From Gemmatimonadota bacterium (lineage in GTDB: Bacteria; Latescibacterota; UBA2968; UBA8231): 64,000 nt of DNA. The notes beneath the pieces are model-generated. The model ran no database searches, had not been told where the DNA came from, and worked only from the letters and a program-made list of their open reading frames with translations. The stretch lies in contig JAYOYH010000002.1 of NCBI GenBank assembly GCA_038153405.1, positions 32,001 to 96,000 on the forward strand, written 5' to 3'. The position numbers and the translations under genes are program-made. Below are positions 45,592 to 55,791 of this stretch, piece by piece (within the stretch, counting starts at the first letter, position 1; each line of letters begins with the position of its first letter).

Positions 45592-47886
45592 ATGGAAGAC
45601 TCCAACTCCCTATCGCGCGGGCAGACAAACCGCGCCATGCGCTCCTTTATTGTGGCCAGCGGCCTGTGGGGAGCCTGGGGACAAGCAGTCGGCATAGGTA
45701 CGGCTGCCTTTACTGGCTTTGCCCTGTATATGGGAGCCGATGAGTCGTTTATCGCCCTTTTCACCTCGCTCGCCTATGTTCTGGCCCTAACCCAGATTCT
45801 CGCTCCCTTTCTCAACGCGCACATCCGACGCAAAAAGCGCTTTATCGTCGGTCTCGGTTCCATCGAAATTTTGCTGCGCGGATCGCTCGTCCTCATTCCC
45901 TTTTTCTTTGCCGGCGAACTGTATCTCCCCGCCATGGCCTTTCTGATCGGCGCCAGCATGTTTTTCGGCCACGGTGTATCGCCCTTTTATGGGACGTGGG
46001 TAGCCAATGCCGTACCGGAGCACATTCGCGCGCGCTTCACCGGCCGCCAAACTATCCTCAGCACCATAACGGCAATGCTCGCGGGCTTTGCCATTGGCCA
46101 CTTTATCGACCTGTTCAAAGGCGGCGACGAGCATTTGGGCTTTCTCTGGGTCTTTTCCGTGGGCACGTTCTTTGGCTTACTGGGCTATCTAAACTTGCTG
46201 CGCGCTCCCTTCCCCAAAGAGCTGCCAACAGAGGAGGGGCACCCGGGGATTGCCGACCTAATCGAACCATTCCGCGACGCCAACTTTCGCCGCGCCGTTC
46301 TGTTTTACGGCCTGTGGACTATGGCGCTGGGCCTTTCGGGACCGCTCTATAGCGTGTTTATGCTCGACAGGCTGCGCATTTCCTACACAGAAATATCCAT
46401 CTTCAACGCCTGTTTTATGGCGACGAGCATCGCCGGCTATCGCATATGGGCCGGCCTTATAGACCGCTTTGGCAGCAAGGCCGTGTTGCAAATTATGGTC
46501 GTGCCTTCCGCCTTTATTCCCTTTGTATGGATGCTCAATTCGCCGGAATCCTATTATCTCGTGCCCGTGGCGCTCGTTATGAGCGGCATCTTCTTTTCCG
46601 GTATCGGCGTCGGCATCAGCCCACTGGTCTACAGCCTGCTGCCACAGGGAGAAAAGCGCACGCTATACCTGGCATCGTGGTCGGTCGCCGTCAATCTCAT
46701 GGGTGCGCTGGGGCCGTTTTTAGGGAGCGTCCTATCGCACCAACTGCACGGCGTCCAGTTTGAAATCATGGGGATTCCCATCGCCAATTTGCAGATCGTC
46801 TTCGCCATCAGCGCCGTCGTGCGCATCATTCCCATCTGGCTCCTGCGCCGCGTCAGCGATGCAAAGGGCACCAGTTCGCTCGAACTCATTTCGCAAATGC
46901 GCCGCGGCAACCTGCTCAGCTACGCCTACAACGCCACCCTCTTCAACTTGGCTAACGCTGAAACCACGCGCGCGCGCGCGGCCGAAGCATTGGGACGCTC
47001 GGGCAACCCATTGGCAATCGAACAGTTGGTGCAGGCCCTAGCCGATGCCAGCCCCCTCGTCCGGCGCAGCGCGGCGCGCGCTCTAGGCGAGAGCGGATCA
47101 GACAGCGCTACGGCCCCGCTGCTGCGCGAACTGAACGACGGCTCGTCCGACATCCGCAGCGAAGCGGCCGAAGCGCTGGGACGCCTAGGTCACCTCTCCA
47201 GCGTAGACCCGCTTATCGACGCGTTAGATGACGAGGACCTGCGCGTGCGCATCAGCGCCATTCGCGGCTTGGGCAATATACGCAGCGACGAGGTGCACGA
47301 ACTGCTGTTCTGGCATTTTAGCAGCGATTTCAACCCGCAGACCTTTCCGACCTTGGTCGACGTTCTCAGCGAACGCGGAGACCAGCGCATCGTGCGCCCC
47401 ACCTTAGAGCACTTGGCGCAATTCCGCTCTTCTGCCGTGCGCCTACAACTGCTCAACAGCGTATGCCGGGCACTGGGAGCCGAAGATCAATTTTACCGCC
47501 TGCTTTCCCAAGAAGACACGCGGCGCATCGACTCCATTAGTCGCCTGCTGCGCGAACTGCGATCGGATCTGGGAAGGACGGCGGGATTGGAGGCGACCCA
47601 GCAGCGCAGCTTGGCCGATCGCTGCCTTGCGCTGCAGTTGGCCTACGAGGAGGACCGCGCCAGCGATATGCGCGAAGCGGTGCTCGACATTGTGCGCATC
47701 GTGCGCGACGGTCTTTCGGCCGGCACCGATCAGGCGTTTGAAGTCCTATCGGTTTTTGTCATCATCGTCGCCCTCAACGACTTTATCGCCCAAAGCGAAC
47801 GCATCGACTCGCCCGCGGCCGAGGAAATCTTCCTCGCCGTTTGTCTTTCGCACTTGGGCAAACGCGTCGCGTCCATCCATTCGTAG
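45592..47886 (+). CDS. MFS transporter fused to a HEAT-repeat domain
   Basis: About 12 TM helices, DRFGSK, then VRRSAARALGE / IRSEAAEALGRLG repeats. Confidence 0.85.
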   Translation: MEDSNSLSRGQTNRAMRSFIVASGLWGAWGQAVGIGTAAFTGFALYMGADESFIALFTSLAYVLALTQILAPFLNAHIRRKKRFIVGLGSIEILLRGSLVLIPFFFAGELYLPAMAFLIGASMFFGHGVSPFYGTWVANAVPEHIRARFTGRQTILSTITAMLAGFAIGHFIDLFKGGDEHLGFLWVFSVGTFFGLLGYLNLLRAPFPKELPTEEGHPGIADLIEPFRDANFRRAVLFYGLWTMALGLSGPLYSVFMLDRLRISYTEISIFNACFMATSIAGYRIWAGLIDRFGSKAVLQIMVVPSAFIPFVWMLNSPESYYLVPVALVMSGIFFSGIGVGISPLVYSLLPQGEKRTLYLASWSVAVNLMGALGPFLGSVLSHQLHGVQFEIMGIPIANLQIVFAISAVVRIIPIWLLRRVSDAKGTSSLELISQMRRGNLLSYAYNATLFNLANAETTRARAAEALGRSGNPLAIEQLVQALADASPLVRRSAARALGESGSDSATAPLLRELNDGSSDIRSEAAEALGRLGHLSSVDPLIDALDDEDLRVRISAIRGLGNIRSDEVHELLFWHFSSDFNPQTFPTLVDVLSERGDQRIVRPTLEHLAQFRSSAVRLQLLNSVCRALGAEDQFYRLLSQEDTRRIDSISRLLRELRSDLGRTAGLEATQQRSLADRCLALQLAYEEDRASDMREAVLDIVRIVRDGLSAGTDQAFEVLSVFVIIVALNDFIAQSERIDSPAAEEIFLAVCLSHLGKRVASIHS

Positions 47887-47888
47887 CC

Positions 47889-49523
47889 TCATAGTTGGCC
47901 GCGCAGGGCCGCCTGGGCGGCGCGCAGGCTCTGCCGCGTATCGCTTCGATCCGCATCAAAGGCCAATGCCCGGCTCAGCGCAGCGACCGACCGGGCGTAA
48001 TCGGCACGGCGATAGGCGCCGCGGCCGGCGTGGTGATATGCTTCCGCGATAACGCCTCCGATATTTCTATTGCCCTTGAATTTCTCCAAGTGGGCCAGCG
48101 CAGTTGCATCGCCGTCGACGGCCCATACGACCTGCTCGTATATGTGCAACATGACATTGCGCGGAAACAGCGCGCGCGCTGCATCCAACGGCGCGCGCAC
48201 AGCGCGCCCCTGATTGAGCAGCATCGGGCACAGGCGAACGTATAGGTCTTCGCGATCGATCGCACCATACTCTACTTCTAGGGCGTGCTCTAACTGCTCT
48301 ATGCCGCGCTCGATATCGCCCGTGGCCAAATAGTTTCTGCCTTCGCTGTAGTAGGCTATAGCCTCGGCTCGCTGCACGCCGTGCCAGCCGCCCAGGACCA
48401 GTAGCGCGACCGCGCCGGCCACACACCAGGCACTCGCCTTGGCACTCCAGCACCGCCGCAGGCGATCCTGCATATTCACTAAGAGTAGCGCCCAGACAAA
48501 AGCCATGCCCGCACAGGATATGTAGAGGTAGCGAGAGGGACCTGCCGATAGGGTGCGCACGTATTCTGGTGACAGCAGCAGTGGCGGCAGCAGCGTAAGT
48601 CCAACCCACGCGACAGCCCCTACGCCGTCGCCGCGATCGCGCAGCAGTGCCCATATTCCCAAGCAGCACGCTGCCCCCCCTACAAAGAGCTCTCCTGCTG
48701 AGGTTAGATCGGGCCGCGCTGGCACCCAGAAAGCCGATAGCAACAGCCGTCCCCACAGAAAGCAATAGGTTTTCACCGCTTCTACCCCATCAAATCCACT
48801 AGCGGCAATGGTATTTTGCGGGGCGCTGCCGTAGTGCAATTTAATGGCCAATACCAAGGCGAGCGCCACGCTACCCATAGCTAGGCCCCGATATAGGGCA
48901 GGCCGACCTAATCCGCCTTTTCTATGGGCGATATATAGAGCTAAAGGCATAGCGACGGCGGCGGAAATATGGGTCAGCACACCGGCTAGCAGAGCCAGGG
49001 CACTGCCTACGATAGCGGCGGGCCGTCCCCGCTCCGCATATTCTACAAAACCCCACAGGCATAGACACATGCAGATCAGCGCCAGGGCATAGCAATGCGC
49101 CGAGATCCACTGCACGGCCTGAAACGGCGCGCAACTGCACGCAAAGAGCACACCGGCTAGCTGCGCGAGAGGACGCGCAGCCCCCAGACGCCAGCCGCAG
49201 AAGGCCATCACCCAGGCAGCCAGCGCGTGCAGGCCGATACCCGCCCAGTGAAACAGGCGAGGACTCTCTCCCCAGAGGGCGTATTCAATCAGTATGAACA
49301 ATTCGAAGAAGGGCCGTCCGGGCATGCGCTTATCGACGGCAAAGAATGCAGTTGGATCGGATAGTATACGCGCGCTATCGGCCCAATAATCGGCGTCGTG
49401 CGTATCCAGCAGATGGTCGCTCAGGGGTGCGTAAAACAGAGCCGCTAGCGCACAGAGCAGCAGCGCATAGGCGCGCCACGACACGCCTGCACTCCACGCT
49501 GAACCAGCCCCAATGGCCGACAT
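47889..49523 (-). CDS. Polytopic membrane protein, GT-C/TMTC-like, with C-terminal TPRs
   Basis: TM1 then acidic DTHDADY loop, RP, HW, RYLY, TPR-like helices. Confidence 0.65.
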   Translation of the reverse strand: MSAIGAGSAWSAGVSWRAYALLLCALAALFYAPLSDHLLDTHDADYWADSARILSDPTAFFAVDKRMPGRPFFELFILIEYALWGESPRLFHWAGIGLHALAAWVMAFCGWRLGAARPLAQLAGVLFACSCAPFQAVQWISAHCYALALICMCLCLWGFVEYAERGRPAAIVGSALALLAGVLTHISAAVAMPLALYIAHRKGGLGRPALYRGLAMGSVALALVLAIKLHYGSAPQNTIAASGFDGVEAVKTYCFLWGRLLLSAFWVPARPDLTSAGELFVGGAACCLGIWALLRDRGDGVGAVAWVGLTLLPPLLLSPEYVRTLSAGPSRYLYISCAGMAFVWALLLVNMQDRLRRCWSAKASAWCVAGAVALLVLGGWHGVQRAEAIAYYSEGRNYLATGDIERGIEQLEHALEVEYGAIDREDLYVRLCPMLLNQGRAVRAPLDAARALFPRNVMLHIYEQVVWAVDGDATALAHLEKFKGNRNIGGVIAEAYHHAGRGAYRRADYARSVAALSRALAFDADRSDTRQSLRAAQAALRGQL

Positions 49524-49530
49524 GGTTCAA

Positions 49531-50250
49531 TCAGTCGACGGGGCCGCGGTGCTGCCAGCGAATGCGCGCCAACTCGCTGAAGTTGCGCGCCATGCCGATG
49601 ACGGGATTAAAGCGGCTATCGGGATCGAACGTCCATTTGACGGGAATGCGCTCAATGCGGTAGCCCAATTTAGAGGCCAGCAGCAAAATTTCCACATCGA
49701 ACATGTAGCCGTCGACCTTCTGGCGGGCAAATAGGTCGCGTATGATATCGGCGCGAAAGAACTTAAAGCCGCACTGCGTATCGTCGTATTCGCGCAGTCC
49801 CATCAGCGTTTGCAACAGCGCGCGAAAGACGTTGGAACCGATTTCCCGGTAGCGCTTGCGCGCCTGTGCGATTTCGGTCTGACCCAGGGTGCGGTCGCCA
49901 ATTACGCCATCGGCTCCCTCGTCTAATAGGGGCACAACCTGATCGAGCGCGGCGATATCGGTCTTGTAATCGGCGTCCATAAAGCCGATATAACGCCCGC
50001 GCGCCTCTTCTATGCCGTGGCGAATCGAGTACCCTTTGCCGCGGTTGCGCTCGTTGCGCACGCAGCGCACCTGCGGATGGGCTGCCGCCACGGACTCAAT
50101 CCGCCCGACCGTCGCATCTGCGCTGCCGTCGTCCACCGGCAGTAACTCGTACTGCCACGACCGCTGCTGAAGAAATTCCATCGACTTCTCCAGCGTAAAC
50201 GCGATGCGTTTTTCTTCATTATATGCTGGAATTATTATGCTGAGATCCAT
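49531..50250 (-). CDS. GT2 polyprenyl-phosphate glycosyltransferase (Alg5/DPM-like)
   Basis: SIIIPAYNEE, DDGS.D, NRGKG, DAD, DTQCGFK, FDVE. Confidence 0.92.
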   Translation of the reverse strand: MDLSIIIPAYNEEKRIAFTLEKSMEFLQQRSWQYELLPVDDGSADATVGRIESVAAAHPQVRCVRNERNRGKGYSIRHGIEEARGRYIGFMDADYKTDIAALDQVVPLLDEGADGVIGDRTLGQTEIAQARKRYREIGSNVFRALLQTLMGLREYDDTQCGFKFFRADIIRDLFARQKVDGYMFDVEILLLASKLGYRIERIPVKWTFDPDSRFNPVIGMARNFSELARIRWQHRGPVD

Positions 50251-50301
50251 AGGTCCTCTAGCGCGAAAAGATATCGCCACCTCCCTTGCGGGTCAACCAA
50301 C

Positions 50302-50329
50302 TTGACATGGGCTAGCCGCAGCTTATATT
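50302..50329 (+). promoter_or_regulatory. Promoter of the Ldh_2-HIT unit
   Basis: TTGACA-16 bp-TATATT. Confidence 0.55.
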
Positions 50330-50368
50330 GCCGAGAGTTCTACACTTAGCCCATACACTGTGCCATCC

Positions 50369-51777
<1,409 letters not shown>

Positions 51778-51801
51778 GGCTACATCCCAACGCAAAGACT
51801 A

Positions 51802-51850
51802 CAACGACAAAACGGGCGCTCCCTGTAAAGGGGCGCCCGTTTTGTCGTTG
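51802..51850. terminator. Bidirectional terminator between the HIT gene and rplC
   Basis: 18-bp perfect inverted repeat CAACGACAAAACGGGCGC/GCGCCCGTTTTGTCGTTG. Confidence 0.85.
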
Positions 51851-51862
51851 GGTTGCTGCGTG

Positions 51863-52480
51863 CTACTGAGTCTGTATATCGATAAAGCCGTTGGCGCCGC
51901 CGGGCACAGCCCCCTTGAGAAAGAGCAGGTTGCGCTCGCTGTCGATGCGCACGATGTCCAGTCCCTTTGTCGACACCTGCACATTACCCATTTGGCCGGG
52001 CATCTTCTTGCCCTTCCAGACTTTGCCCGGGGTAGTTCCCTGACCAATAGAACCGCCGTGGCGAACGCGATCAGGCGTCCCGTGGCTGGTGTTCTTTCCC
52101 TTGAAGCCGTAGCGCTTGACGACGCCGGCGAAGCCCTTGCCCTTCGAGCGTCCGGTCACCTTGACCCGCTGCCCCACCTCAAACTGACTCACATCGAGGA
52201 CCTGCCCCACTTCAAACTGACCGTCAATGCGGCGAAATTCGCGCAGTATGCGGTGCGGCCCCACCCCAGCCTTGGCAAAATGACCGCTCTCGGGCTTGTT
52301 GACTTTGCGGGCGGGTACTTCTTCAAAGGCCAACTGCAGCGCCTCGTAGCCATTGCTCTTCTGCGAGCGAACCTGAACTACGGGACAGGGGCCAGCGGCC
52401 ACTACGGTAACGGGCACTAACTCCTCTTTGTCGTTGTAGACTTGAGTCATGCCCAATTTCTTTCCTATCAGAGCGCCCAT
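51863..52480 (-). CDS. rplC: 50S ribosomal protein L3 (stand-alone)
   Basis: GKKLGMTQ, SKGKGFAG, KGKKMPGQMG, KGAVPG; AAGGAG SD. Confidence 0.97.
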   Translation of the reverse strand: MGALIGKKLGMTQVYNDKEELVPVTVVAAGPCPVVQVRSQKSNGYEALQLAFEEVPARKVNKPESGHFAKAGVGPHRILREFRRIDGQFEVGQVLDVSQFEVGQRVKVTGRSKGKGFAGVVKRYGFKGKNTSHGTPDRVRHGGSIGQGTTPGKVWKGKKMPGQMGNVQVSTKGLDIVRIDSERNLLFLKGAVPGGANGFIDIQTQ

Positions 52481-52535
52481 AGCGCAAACTCCTTGCCTAA
52501 ACTCATTTGTATATTCATATATGATGCAACTGAAA

Positions 52536-52564
52536 AATTTAGCCCATTTCCCCTTTTTCAGCAA
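52536..52564 (-). promoter_or_regulatory. rplC promoter
   Basis: TTGCTG-17 bp-TAAATT followed by an AT-rich leader. Confidence 0.5.
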
Positions 52565-52579
52565 GGGCAATAAAAAACT

Positions 52580-53488
52580 ATGTCCGACTACGCACGCGTT
52601 GGCCATATAACCGTCTGGCGCAGCGGTGCCGTGGGCGACTTCGTTCTCACCCTCCCCGCTCTCGACGCCCTGCGGCGATACGGAGCAGGACGTCCCATCC
52701 GCGTCGTCGGTCGCCCGTCCATTTGCCAGCTTTTTGAGGCCGATGCCATCGTCGACAGCGAGTCGACGCAGCTACTACCTCTTTTCGCCTCCACGCGTGC
52801 CAGCGAGCGGACCGAGGCGTTCTTTGCCGACTGCAGCCTGTTGCTGGCCTACGGCAAAGCTGAAGGTCCGCTGTACGAGCACGCACTCAATGCATTGGGT
52901 AAGCGGGCTATTTTTTGGGATCCACACCCCACCCCCGGCGATATGCGGCACATGACCGATCACTTGTTAGTGCCCCTGCGCGAGCGGCTGGCCATCGAAA
53001 TAACCGATAACCGTCCCGCCTTGCAACCGCGTGCACACGAGCTGACTCGTGCGGCCGAACTGGGCACCATACCTGCCGTACTAGCCCATCCCGGCAGCAG
53101 CGCTCCCGGCAAATGCTGGCCTTTGGAGCGCTATATCGCCTGGGCGCAGGCGCTGCGTAGGCGGGGCGCAGAGGTGGGATTTATCAGCGGACCGATCGAG
53201 CGCGAACAGGGCGTGTCGATGCCCGGCGACATACCCCATTTCTGTCCGCCGGACCTGCGCACGCTCGCCGCGCTGCTTGCGCAGACGCGCCTCTTTGTCG
53301 GTAACGACTCCGGTCCAGGCCATATTGCGGCAGCAGTCGGCACGCCAACCCTTTCCCTATTTGGTCGGACGGACCCGCACGTCTGGGCACCGCGACGCGA
53401 AACGAGCCGCGTCTTGGTCGCCGCCGAAGGTAACTTGCACAATCTGCCGTTAGACACCGTCGTCTCAACTGCGCTCGATATGCTGTGA
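52580..53488 (+). CDS. GT9-family glycosyltransferase (heptosyltransferase-like)
   Basis: GAVGDFVL..P, HPGS...K.WP, GNDSGPGHIAAA. Confidence 0.92.
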   Translation: MSDYARVGHITVWRSGAVGDFVLTLPALDALRRYGAGRPIRVVGRPSICQLFEADAIVDSESTQLLPLFASTRASERTEAFFADCSLLLAYGKAEGPLYEHALNALGKRAIFWDPHPTPGDMRHMTDHLLVPLRERLAIEITDNRPALQPRAHELTRAAELGTIPAVLAHPGSSAPGKCWPLERYIAWAQALRRRGAEVGFISGPIEREQGVSMPGDIPHFCPPDLRTLAALLAQTRLFVGNDSGPGHIAAAVGTPTLSLFGRTDPHVWAPRRETSRVLVAAEGNLHNLPLDTVVSTALDML

Positions 53489-53543
53489 TCCATTAGAGAA
53501 GTCGGCTCTGCACCCTTAACCTGTTGGCCGACTTGCAAAGCGC

Positions 53544-54047
53544 TCATTCGACCGACTCGATAATTTCTATCATCACCTTTGCCGTGCCATCCTTGACCAT
53601 TTCTAACTCCAACGCGGCGGCGAAAGACAGATCGAGTACGCGCCCCTCGATAAAGGGACCGCGATCGTTCACCTTCACCTCTACCCAGCGTCCGTTGCCC
53701 AAGTGGGTTACGCGAATGTGCGTGCCTAGGGGCAGCACTCGGTGCGCGGCGGTGAGTTTATACATATTGAACGTCTCGCCGTTGGCCGTTTTGCGTCCGT
53801 GAAATTTTTCGCCGTAGTAGGAAGCAACGCCAATTTGATAGGCATTGCCGGTGTCGATTTGCTCAATGTCAACGGGCTGGGCCGTCTGGGCGGGCGGGCC
53901 CAAGGGCGTTGGCGAACGTTGAGGGGATGAGCGCACAGACTGGTCGGCAGCAGATCGCGCAGGCGCTTTTCCCCCATTCAGGTAAACGGGGTGCGGCGCA
54001 CAGGCGCAGCATAACATCGCGATCAGTATTCCAATCCACCTCTGCAT
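53544..54047 (-). CDS. rlpA: Septal ring lytic transglycosylase RlpA family lipoprotein
   Basis: Lipoprotein signal, GVASYYG..FHG..TANGE, NDRGPF, DLS. Confidence 0.9.
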   Translation of the reverse strand: MQRWIGILIAMLCCACAPHPVYLNGGKAPARSAADQSVRSSPQRSPTPLGPPAQTAQPVDIEQIDTGNAYQIGVASYYGEKFHGRKTANGETFNMYKLTAAHRVLPLGTHIRVTHLGNGRWVEVKVNDRGPFIEGRVLDLSFAAALELEMVKDGTAKVMIEIIESVE

Positions 54048-54082
54048 GCGATACGCCCCCCTGCCGCCGCGTACAGCAACGC

Positions 54083-54985
54083 CTACGTCTGTAGCGATCC
54101 AACTAAATCGCCCACGCGCGCAATGCCGAATTCTTCGCAGTAGCGGCGAATGCCTTCGACCATTTCGGCGCCGGCGTTGGGGTTGACAAAGTTCGCCGTG
54201 CCCACTTGAACAGCCGATGCGCCGGCGATGAGAAACTCGACGGCATCGAGCGCCGAACATATGCCGCCCAGTCCTATCACGGGAATATCGACAGCTTGGC
54301 TCACCTTCCACACCATCGCCAGTGCAACGGGCTTGATGGCCGGCCCTGATAGGCCGCCGGTTATATTGCCGAGTAGCGGCCGCCGACGGCGCACGTCGAT
54401 GGCCATGCCGACCAGCGTGTTGATCAGCGACACGGCGTCGGCACCGGCCTCTTCAACGGCGCGGGCGATCTCTCCTATATCGGTCACGTTCGGCGACAGT
54501 TTGGCTATGACCGGCTGGTTTGCCGCGCGGCGCACGGCGCCAATCACATCGGCCGATGCACGAGCATTGCTGGCAAAGCTCTCGCCACCGGCCCGCACGT
54601 TTGGACAGGATATATTGACCTCGAGAGCGGCAATTCCCCGCAGGTCGCGCAGGCGCGAGGCCATATCGGCAAATTCTTCAACCGAGTGCCCGGCGATATT
54701 GACCACGACCTGCGTATCTAAGGTCTGTAAAAAGGGCCATTTATCTGCGATGAAATCGTCCAAGCCAGGGTTCTGTAAGCCAATCGAGTTGAGCATGCCA
54801 GCTGGGGTCTCCACGATGCGCTGTGGGCGATTGCCAGCGCGCGGCAGCGGGGTAATCGTCTTGGTCACGATCCCCCCCAGCTGACTCAGGTCGGTCAGGG
54901 ACTGCAGTTCGCGGCCGTAGTTGCAGGTGCCCGATGCCAGCAGAACCGGATTGCGCAGGGCGATGCCGGCCAGTTCGATTGACAT
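54083..54985 (-). CDS. pyrD: Dihydroorotate dehydrogenase 1B catalytic subunit
   Basis: NSIGLQNPG, NISCPN, KLSPNVTDI, GGLSGPAIKP. Confidence 0.95.
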   Translation of the reverse strand: MSIELAGIALRNPVLLASGTCNYGRELQSLTDLSQLGGIVTKTITPLPRAGNRPQRIVETPAGMLNSIGLQNPGLDDFIADKWPFLQTLDTQVVVNIAGHSVEEFADMASRLRDLRGIAALEVNISCPNVRAGGESFASNARASADVIGAVRRAANQPVIAKLSPNVTDIGEIARAVEEAGADAVSLINTLVGMAIDVRRRRPLLGNITGGLSGPAIKPVALAMVWKVSQAVDIPVIGLGGICSALDAVEFLIAGASAVQVGTANFVNPNAGAEMVEGIRRYCEEFGIARVGDLVGSLQT

Positions 54986-54993
54986 ATCCACGA

Positions 54994-55791
54994 CTAGTGC
55001 TCCCAGCAAATTTCGCGCGCGTCAAAAACGGGACCATCGACGCAAATGCGCTTGTAGTCGGCATAGGCGTTATCCGCATCGGCATTTTCCACGCGCACCA
55101 CGCAGCCGACGCAGATGCCAATCCCACAGGCCATATATTCCTCGAGCGAGACCTGGCAGGGCACATCCGATGCCATGCACGCTCGCGCAACCGCCTCTAT
55201 CATGGCGTGCGGACCGCAAGTATAGACCGCACACGCCCCCGTCGCCAATTCGCGCAGCAGCAACTCCGTAACCAAGCCGTGATGCCCTAAGCTACCGTCG
55301 TCGGTGGCGCGCTCTAAGCGCGTGGCCGACACCTGAAAAAAGCTGTCCCCAAGGTGCTTGGCCGCCGAGCGAGCACCAACTAGCAGAATGACCTCAGCGC
55401 CTTTTTTTACCAGCTCGCTGCCCAAAAAAATCATGGGCGGAACGCCGATGCCACCGCCGACCAACACGCTGCGCTTGGTGTTGGGCACCGGCGAAAACGC
55501 CTTGCCAAGCGGTCCTAAACAGCGCAGTTGCTCACCGACCCTGCACCGGCTCAATTGGCCGCTCTTGGGACCCATATTCTGGTAGAGCACGTCTATGCAG
55601 CTGATCTGCCTGTGGACTGCGCATACGCTGAGCGGCATGCGCAGAAACGGCGCAACGTCCGCACTTACCTCTACGTTGACAAACTGTCCCGGCTGCGCAT
55701 GCGCCGCGATATGCGGCGCTTCCAGACGCGCCAGAAAAAAATCCTCTGCCACTTCGTCGTTGGTCAGCACTTCGACTATTTCGTCTATCAC
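54994..55791 (-). CDS. pyrK: Dihydroorotate dehydrogenase electron transfer subunit
   Basis: PGQFV, GGGIGVPP, MACGIGICVGC, CVDGPVF. Confidence 0.94.
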   Translation of the reverse strand: MIDEIVEVLTNDEVAEDFFLARLEAPHIAAHAQPGQFVNVEVSADVAPFLRMPLSVCAVHRQISCIDVLYQNMGPKSGQLSRCRVGEQLRCLGPLGKAFSPVPNTKRSVLVGGGIGVPPMIFLGSELVKKGAEVILLVGARSAAKHLGDSFFQVSATRLERATDDGSLGHHGLVTELLLRELATGACAVYTCGPHAMIEAVARACMASDVPCQVSLEEYMACGIGICVGCVVRVENADADNAYADYKRICVDGPVFDAREICWEH

